Shown here: positions 53,056-64,000 of the stretch, piece by piece
Numbering within the stretch: the first letter of the stretch is position 1
Layout: every line of letters starts with the position of its first letter
NCBI GenBank assembly: GCA_964016885.1
Contig: OZ024741.1
Location: forward strand, 346,642,001-346,706,000
Direction: 5' to 3'
Source of the DNA: Eledone cirrhosa
Taxonomy: Eukaryota
DNA: 64,000 bases
The notes under the pieces: generated by a model
The model's database searches: none
Told to the model about the DNA's origin: nothing
What the model saw: the letters and a program-made list of their open reading frames with translations, nothing else
Position numbers and translations under genes: made by a program

Positions 53056-53401
53056 TATATATATATTATATATATATATATATATATACATATATAGTTA
53101 GAGAAGCACAAAATTGCTTATCGTGATCCAGTTCTTGGTTAAGAAAGCCAGTTTCATGGATGGTTTCAACGTACGGTTAGGGGTAACCCCACAAGTTTGT
53201 AAGAATTCCGTTCAATCTTGGAGTATAAAGTATAAAAGAGAAAACACAGGTAAGCATTAAGAGAAGGGTTTTAGCCAGGTATTTACGACCGTTTCATTGG
53301 TAAGTGCAACCTTATATTGCTATACTGCAAATAGCAGCCACTCAATTATAATTGTTGTTCACAGTCCAAATTTTCAAAATAGTAAGTTACTCTTGAAATA
53401 A

Positions 53402-53585
53402 TTGTTTCTACTTTAGGCACAAGGCCAGCAAATACCCAGTGCATTAATGGTACTTTATTTTATCGACCCCGTAAGGATGAAAGGCAAAGTCAACCTTGGC
53501 AGGATTTGAACTCAGATCGTAAAGGGACGTAACTATGCTGGAAAGCATGGCGTCCGACCCTCTACCGATACTGCCAATTCACCGG
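53402..53585 (-). mobile_element. tRNA SINE inserted into an HHR-bearing repeat
   Basis: Same family as 7966. It is absent from the paralogous site at ~51330. TSD gaaataat. Confidence 0.88.
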
Positions 53586-54594
53586 AAATAATACTTAATA
53601 TATAGAGAAAAACATTTATTTGGAATTGTATTTACTAGTATAGAGAGAGAGGAATCAGAAGGTGAGGGGACAAACGGAATAGTATAGAGTGAGAGGAAGA
53701 GGGAAGAGGTAGGAAGTAGAGTGACAAACTGAGATGGAGGGAGGGGTAGAAGTGAAAGGATTCTTTGGTCAGTTTTGATAGCAGACTTCACGTCGTGGAA
53801 TGTAGTGAGTTAAAGAGAATTAAATTGATCATAGTGGGAGGGATGGATAGAGAGGGAGAGAGATATAAAGAGATAAATATATATATATATATAAAAAATA
53901 AAGATAAAGATAATAATGACAAAGATAAAAGCAAAGAAGGGAGTGAGAAAGAAGAAAAGAAAAGTTCGCCAATAAGGGGAGGGAAGGAAGGAAGAAAACG
54001 AAGAAATAGAAGGGTGAGAAGAGAGGGATATATGCATTGTTTTTGTGTATGTGCGTACGTATATATATGTGTGTGTATGTATGTTTTTATATCTATGTTT
54101 TTTTTATATATATGTTTTTTACATACTTATTTATACGTGTGTGTGTATGCGGGTAAATGCATGTGTATATGAATGTATATGTGTGTATATGTATATGTAT
54201 ATGTATATATATGTATGGGTGTGTATGTATATATGTATATATATGTATATATATAGTCGCGTACGTACATGTGATTAGATATACATGTGGCAATATATAT
54301 TTATACGTGCCTCGTGTGTATGTAAGTACGCATGCATGCGCTTTTGCCTGTACATATTTGTGTGTATAAATATTTTTATATATACATGTGTATGTACGTG
54401 CGTACCTATGTTTGATTTCTTTTCTCTAGTGTTAATTGATTACTTTCTCTTTGACATAAAAAGCATGTTTCATTCTCATATATTGTTTCATTTTTATACA
54501 TATATCGAGAATGACACTTCTTTTTACTATTACACTCCCTTCCCTCTAATTGAGTTTATGTTGATCTAGGGCCCTTCTAGATTTGTAAGCTAAT

Positions 54595-54981
54595 TCACCT
54601 CTACTAGACACAGAGCTCTGGTTAGAAACCATTAATAACATAAAGCAAATCCTCCATTCCCATTATGCCAAACCCATGACTTCCAAATATCTGATCCACC
54701 GAAACTCAGCTGTTTCGGACCATACCAAAATCAACATACTGATTGCGGATTTGGTACGGGTGATGAGAAACGTGTCCCGCAAGTGCAACCCCAAAGAACG
54801 AGAGAGACACATACAACACCTCATCCACCGTATGCAGTTCTCTGGCTACAATCAGAGAGATAAAGTCAGAGTGTATAGAGGAGCCAGAACCAAATGGGAA
54901 AAAATGGTAAATAATGACACAAATGGGACCTACCCCTTGTATAGGAGCAAATTTTGGAATAGAATAGAAAGAACTAGGTAG
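54595..54981 (+). mobile_element. PLE RT-thumb fragment related to the 957-aa ORF
   Basis: LLDTELW...ILHSHYAKPMTSKYLI...ILIADLVRVM..RMQFSGY. Confidence 0.85.
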
Positions 54982-55838
54982 GTCCGTGCTAGAAGGATTA
55001 GATGGGGGAGGTGTGCTACTAGAGTAATTATTGGTGTAGTGGCGTGGTGTATTTGATAGGGGTGGTGGTACCGCGGTGTGGGAGTTATACTGTCTTAGCT
55101 TATGATGGTTACTGAACGCGATGTGGCTAGCTAGGTTAGGTGTTGTGGAGAATGAGATTTTAATGTTATTTTTATTAAAGAGTTTGTAATATCTATGGTT
55201 GGGGGAAGTGTTTAGATAGGATAGAGAAGAAGTGTTTGGGGATATTAGTGGCTAGATTAGATGAGAATGAGGGGGTTAAGCCAGGTGATATTTTTAGGTC
55301 TATTCCTTCTAGGGGTTCTAGTGGAGTTGGTAGGGGCCTTCATAGGGATATTATTACCTGGGGATTTGTTATTTGTCATCCAATTTCTCGTTGCTATTTT
55401 AGGGTTGATTTTTAGTTTGCTACTTGGAGTGGGGAGCAGGCCGCTGCCACCATTAAAGTTCCCTGTATAGATGCTGTTACTGCTAAAATTCCGGCGAATC
55501 TGGCTATATGCTAAGGTATTTCTAGTTCTAGTGTTAAGTTTATTATGGTGAATTGCTGTGTTATGGCATTTAAGTATGTAATAAATTGATAGTTTATGAC
55601 CAGATTCAGATAGAGCCTTATTATAATATTGTGCGTGGTTTATAAATATCTCCCCATTTGCTGATAGCATTGAGATCCTATAAGAGATAGATATGATTAC
55701 TGCTCTGATGACTGCCGGCAATCAAATCTATCTCGTATAGGATGTCAATGCTATCAGCAAATGAGGAGATATTTATTAACCACGCACAATATTATAATAG
55801 GGCTCTATCTGAATCTGGTTATGAACAATCAATTGTTG
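54982..55838 (-). mobile_element. PLE fragment (Naiad-like thumb/linker) ending in a fold-back
   Basis: ISYRISMLSAN..YNKAL..SG, KNITWLNP, FNKNNIKISFSTTPNL. 55722-55835 is an inverted copy of ~55583-55695. Confidence 0.8.
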
Positions 55839-56077
55839 ACAATATATTAATAATGTTCTGCTTGTTAAATTTGTGGTCTTGTTGTGCTTAACTAATGAAT
55901 ATTTCCAGCTCTGCGCACCTAACTTCTGCATGAACCCGGCCACCTAGCTGCTTTCTACTGCATATTGCACATTGAGCACATGCCTTTACGCTTTCGCTTC
56001 TAACTAACTCACCAATCTCTCCTCTCATATCTCCTCTCCTATCTCCATCTCTCTCTTTAAGATTGGTTACTCTTGAA

Positions 56078-56159
<82 letters not shown>

Positions 56160-56499
56160 TATATATATATAATATATATATATATATAATATATATATAT
56201 ATAATATATATATATAATATATATATATATAATATATATGTATAATATATATATAATATATATATATATAATATATATATATATATAATGTATATATATT
56301 TATAATATATATATATATATATAATATATATATATGTAATATATATATATATACATATATATAATATATATATAATATATATATAATATATATATATATA
56401 ATATATATATATATATAATATATATATATATAATATATATATAATATATATATAATATATATATATATAATATATATATATATATATTTATAATATATA

Positions 56500-56773
56500 T
56501 GTGAAGTAATTCCGTCGGAAAAGTCCAGGAACAAAGAGTGATCTATGTAGGTAACAGAGCTTAATAGTTATGTAATAAACAACATAAGGCAATTATTCCA
56601 TTCACCAGTGGTTTCTTAAAACCAAAAAAAATTGTTTTCAATCATCAGAATGAAAAAATCCTGGTGTTCATTTTTTCATTTTTTTTCATTCTGATGATTT
56701 AAAGCAACATTTTTTGCTTTTAAGAAAACACTGGTAAATGGAATAATTGCCTTATGTTGTTTATTACATAACG
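56500..56773. mobile_element. Fold-back insert with an HHR in both arms (56599-56652 -, 56687-56740 +)
   Basis: CATT-CTGATGA-tTTAAAGCAA..TTGCTTTTAA-GAAA-(C/A)CACTGG-TA-AATG. Arms at 56567-56658 and 56681-56772. Confidence 0.8.
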
Positions 56774-56829
56774 ATATATAATATATATATATATTTGTCT
56801 ATATATAAATAAATATATATATATATTTA

Positions 56830-57385
56830 TAAATATAAATAAATAAATAAATAAATAAATACATACACAAGCACAATAACAACAAACACATAAACACACA
56901 TTAGTCACCCAATCACGAACACACATCACACATCAAACAAAACACTATACACACACGCAAACGCACGCGCAAAGAAGACAAAATAAAATAAACAAACAAG
57001 CAAATAAATAAATAAATATATACACAGACTGAATAAAAATGGCGTAACCATACAATTCAAAGAGGAAACAATAGCACCACTGATGATGTTGCAGATGTGC
57101 AACGAAAGATTTATGATAAACTATATATATGTGTTTGTGTCTATATTGTATCTGTATTATTTTTGACCGTCGGTCAGTCAATGGCAGCATTGAGGACCGA
57201 GTATATTAGATTACCGATATAAAAGACACAGAAGCGAAAAGCGAAAACCAACCAAACAGCGAGTGTGTTCTGTTATTAATTCTGGCAATATTACGCAAAT
57301 ATGACCCTCCCCAAGTATAACAATATTTGTTTCGACACACGATTTCATATAAAATACCTCGCAAAACTAATTCATCACCGTTATA
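56830..57385 (+). mobile_element. Solo 3'UTR/pLTR of the 21640-25850 PLE family
   Basis: Homologous to 25270-25850 and ends with MTLPKYNNICFDTRFHIKYLAKLIHHRY. Confidence 0.88.
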
Positions 57386-57672
57386 ATAAATATATATATA
57401 TATATATAAATATATATAAATATATATATATATGTATATATATATGTATAAACAATTAAGTTAAAGTGTACATCTACATATCTATACGGAAGTACTAGTA
57501 TGCATATAAATACACACATGTATACATATGTACATGTACCGAGTTTTTCACTAGACACTTTACAGTGAGTGTCAGCTAGTCTGTATGTAAACAAACAGAC
57601 GAACCGGGTTTTAAAGTCATACGAGTTTTCAAGGAAACACACTTCCTCTATTCTCCAGAGAGCCAGACAGGA

Positions 57673-57715
57673 ATATTGGACTAGTTTCGATGTTATTACA
57701 TCTCATCAGCAATAT
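57673..57715 (-). ncRNA. Canonical minimal type I HHR (GUC)
   Basis: ATATTG-CTGATGA-GATGT aata ACATC-GAAA-CTAG-TC-CAATAT. Confidence 0.92.
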
Positions 57716-58150
57716 AAACCTATCTTCCGGCTTCTCTGGAGAATTGTAAAAGCACATATCGTTATATGCTTTTTCTATGAAAATCAGTAGTGGGCAGACT
57801 AATTTGCATAGAACATGAGTCATTGTACGCGCCGGTTCAGCGGAAACGATAAAAACAAATAACGAAACGAAATTAAATTTCGTTTCGCTTCTAACTTACT
57901 TTTGTATGACTGACGCTTAAACAATTAAGTTAAAGTGTACATCTACATATGTATATATGTATACGGAAGTACTAGTATGCATATAAATACACACATGTAT
58001 ACATATGTACATGTACCGAGTTTTTCACTAGACACTTTACAGTGAGTGTCCAGCTAGTCTGTATATAAACAAACAGACGAACCGGGTTTTAAAGTCATAC
58101 GAGTTTTCAAGGAAACACACTTCCTCTATTCTCCAGAGAGCCAGACAGGA

Positions 58151-58193
58151 ATATTGGACTAGTTTCGATGTTATTACATCTCATCAGCAATAT
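58151..58193 (-). ncRNA. Canonical minimal type I HHR (GUC), second tandem copy
   Basis: Identical to 57673-57715. Confidence 0.92.
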
Positions 58194-58958
58194 AAACCTA
58201 TCTTCCGGCTTCTCTGGAGAATTGTAAAAGCACATATCGTTATATGCTTTTTCTATGAAAATCAGTAGTGGGCAGACTAATTTGGATAGAACGTGAGTCA
58301 TTGTACGCGCCGGTTCAGCGGAAACGATAAAAACAAATAACGAAACGAAATTAAATTTCGTTTCGCTTCTAACTCACTTTTGTATGACTGACGCTTAAAC
58401 AATTAAGTTAAAGTGTACATCTACATATGTATACGGAAGTACTAGTATGCATATAAATACACACATGTATACATATGTACATGTACCGAGTTTTTCACTA
58501 GACACTTTACAGTGAGTGTCCAGCTAGTCTGTATGTCCAGCCGTATGAATAAATGAGTACAAATTATACGCAAGTAAACATACATAAAGAGACAACAGAA
58601 TATATCTGAGTTTGAAAACGCAAGTGACAAGTTTTTATCAGGTAGTGAAAGAAAAGGGGAAAGTAAAATATGTAAAATTGTGAAGATATAAAGTAAGTGA
58701 ATCAAAAAGCAGGGGGGGGGGGGGTCACTGGTGGATGTGAAGTAAAAATAAAGTTAAAAATAAAAATAAAAATTAATCAGAAAGAGCAGTCTGTAAAGAG
58801 GGTAATTTAAAGAAAGTGAAGAACAAGAGTTTATGGAGGATAAGTATCTGAAAGTGAGTTGAGCTTATATGAGCTGGCAAGCCGTTTCGACGGCTAATTC
58901 TGGACTAAATGAAAATTTTTTATTTAGTCCAGAATTAGCCGTCGGGGTCCTAATTGTT

Positions 58959-59030
<72 letters not shown>

Positions 59031-59248
59031 ATATATATACATATATTGACATTGCACTCAGTGCTCCTTTGGGAGCCCCTACATGGACACACTAGAAGAG
59101 GAAGACCAGGGTTAACATATGTTGATGCCCTAAGGACAGACACTGGTCTGTTGGAGATGCAGGATATGGCAGCGATAATGAGGGACAGAGACCGCTGGAG
59201 AGAACTCGTCCATGGATCTCGGGAATTTTACCCGCCTTAGATAGATAG

Positions 59249-59303
<55 letters not shown>

Positions 59304-59468
59304 TATATATATATATATATATACATATAATATATATATATATATATATAATATATATATATATATATGTATATAACATATATATATATAATATATATAT
59401 ATATATATGTATATAATATATATATATATATAATATATATATATATGTATATAACATATATATATAAT

Positions 59469-59507
<39 letters not shown>

Positions 59508-59510
<3 letters not shown>

Positions 59511-60052
59511 TGTTATACTTTGGGAGGGTCATGTTGCAAATAAGAAACACATGCACCAGTGCTCTCACTCCAATTTATTATAAATTAAACAAATTTTTTC
59601 AAGAAATTTTTTTTTAATTTCCGGTTGGTTGGTTCCACTACCGGACGGTTGTTCATATATAGTCAAAGTTCTTTAGTCACATATTCTGTGGCCTCTTCTG
59701 TGACTGGGAATTCTTTTCTTTGTTTTGTACCTCTCCCTTGTTCTGTCCTACGCCATCTTGTTTTTGTGTGTGTTGTGTGCTTAGTTTGCGCATGGGTTAC
59801 ATCCGGGTGTATGTGTGTGTTTTTATTTGTTTATTTATTTGTTTATTTACATGTTACTGGTAGGTTGTTTGTACTATGTGTGTGTGTTTTCATTTTATCC
59901 TTAATTGTAAGTTGTGATGTTGCTATTCCATTCATGTTTTCTATTTAATTTTTGTTGGAGTTCATTTATGTTTATTGCCTCTGTGATTTGTCCAAATATT
60001 ACGTCTTTTCTGTGTGTAGATTTTATTTTTATTTCTATGTACTCACTCGCTC
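59508..60052 (-). mobile_element. Solo 3'UTR/pLTR of the family seen at 9808-10230
   Basis: Matches 9808-9980 and carries a decayed HHR at 59662-59704. Confidence 0.8.
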
Positions 60053-62970
<2,918 letters not shown>

Positions 62971-63095
62971 ATATATATATATAACGAAGGAAATGTGGTA
63001 AGGAACCAGGTGGACCATAACACACCAAAGTACTCAATACTTGGGGTAGTAGAATGGGTAATAGGAACCAGTAAGACCTCGGGGTCTTACTGGTT

Positions 63096-63217
<122 letters not shown>

Positions 63218-63233
63218 TATATATATATTTATA

Positions 63234-63265
<32 letters not shown>

Positions 63266-63271
<6 letters not shown>

Positions 63272-64000
63272 GACGTAAAATAAGAAAATTTTAAAAATTT
63301 AAAGTTAGCTTACTAACATTTTCACTCCAACTAATTAGTTTCTGTAATGGGATAAATATAGTTACACAATATAACTAATGAGAATTCATTACGTCATCAG
63401 GGAGTCTATTCTCAGCTAAGTTCCCAGGCAATGCGCGGACACTAGGAACCCATATAAAAATAATAATTCAGTGGATGTAATAAGCGAGCGAGGACTAAAT
63501 TCCATAGCACTGAAAAAGTTCACTGCCTCTGGTCAATGGCAGATTCTAAAGAATCAATCACGTGACACTGAGGTTAGTCAGTTAGGAGTGGGGTGGTATT
63601 ATGACAAGAGCCTACTACTACTACGACTATGAATTAGCAGTAGATTTGGAAAGTTTTCCCAACAAATAATTTGGAGATAAATATAGAGAATTAGTACATC
63701 TACCAACATATGCGTACAGATGTACACTAATGCTAGCAAATATATAAGTTATGTCAAAGTACCTAGGTGGTTCAATGCAGGGGGATGCAGAACAATTATA
63801 TGAAAGACGTAAAATAAGAAAATTTTAAAAATTAAAATTAACTTACTTACTAAAATTTTCACTCCAACTAATTAGTTTCTGTAATGGGATAAATATAGTT
63901 ACACAATATAACTATCGAGAATTCATTACGTCATCTGTAAGTCTATTCTCAGCTAAGTTCCCAGGCAATGCGCTGACACTAGGAACCCATATAAAAATAA
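63266..64000 (-). mobile_element. Retrozyme-like tandem repeat (~535-bp unit) running off the window end
   Basis: 63266-63462 is repeated from 63800. HHR at 63324-63405 and a mutated copy at 63861-63942. Confidence 0.8.
63324..63405 (-). ncRNA. Type I HHR with extended helix II
   Basis: ACTCC-CTGATGA-cGTAATG..(TAGTTAT..GTAACTA)..CATTACa-GAAA-CTAATTAG-TT-GGAGT. Confidence 0.82.

Larger units (their letters stand above)
57450..58536 (-). mobile_element. Retrozyme-like tandem array: ~2.3 copies of a 469-478-bp non-coding unit, one HHR per complete unit
   Basis: Units start at 57450, 57919 and 58397 and are nearly identical. Confidence 0.88.

Noticed and set aside
57450-58536. CRISPR array or plain satellite
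   Set aside because: There is no repeat-spacer structure. The units are long and near-identical, and each complete unit carries an HHR.

Overview
AT-rich, microsatellite-dense eukaryotic DNA. The repeat content is consistent with a cephalopod or other mollusc, but that is inference. No host protein-coding gene could be supported, and most predicted ORFs are translations of (TA)n/(CA)n/(GA)n. The window is dominated by Penelope-like retroelements (PLEs; RT plus GIY-YIG): one intact 738-aa element with paired pseudo-LTRs, a near-full-length element with an Asn-rich insert, and several decayed copies. It also holds RTE, L1/Tx1, CRE and R4-like LINE remnants, a pogo-like DNA transposon relic and tRNA-derived SINEs. 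The hidden signal, read by eye, is a set of roughly 30 complete or partial type I hammerhead ribozyme (HHR) motifs from about 20 sequence families. They sit in PLE termini, in short fold-back inserts inside (TA)n tracts, and in non-coding ~470-540 bp tandem or permuted units resembling retrozymes. Several inserts begin at the predicted self-cleavage site. Several HHRs have unusual cores (U3-A8, A4, an extra nucleotide after A9) or greatly expanded helix II. All folds were derived manually and none was tested.
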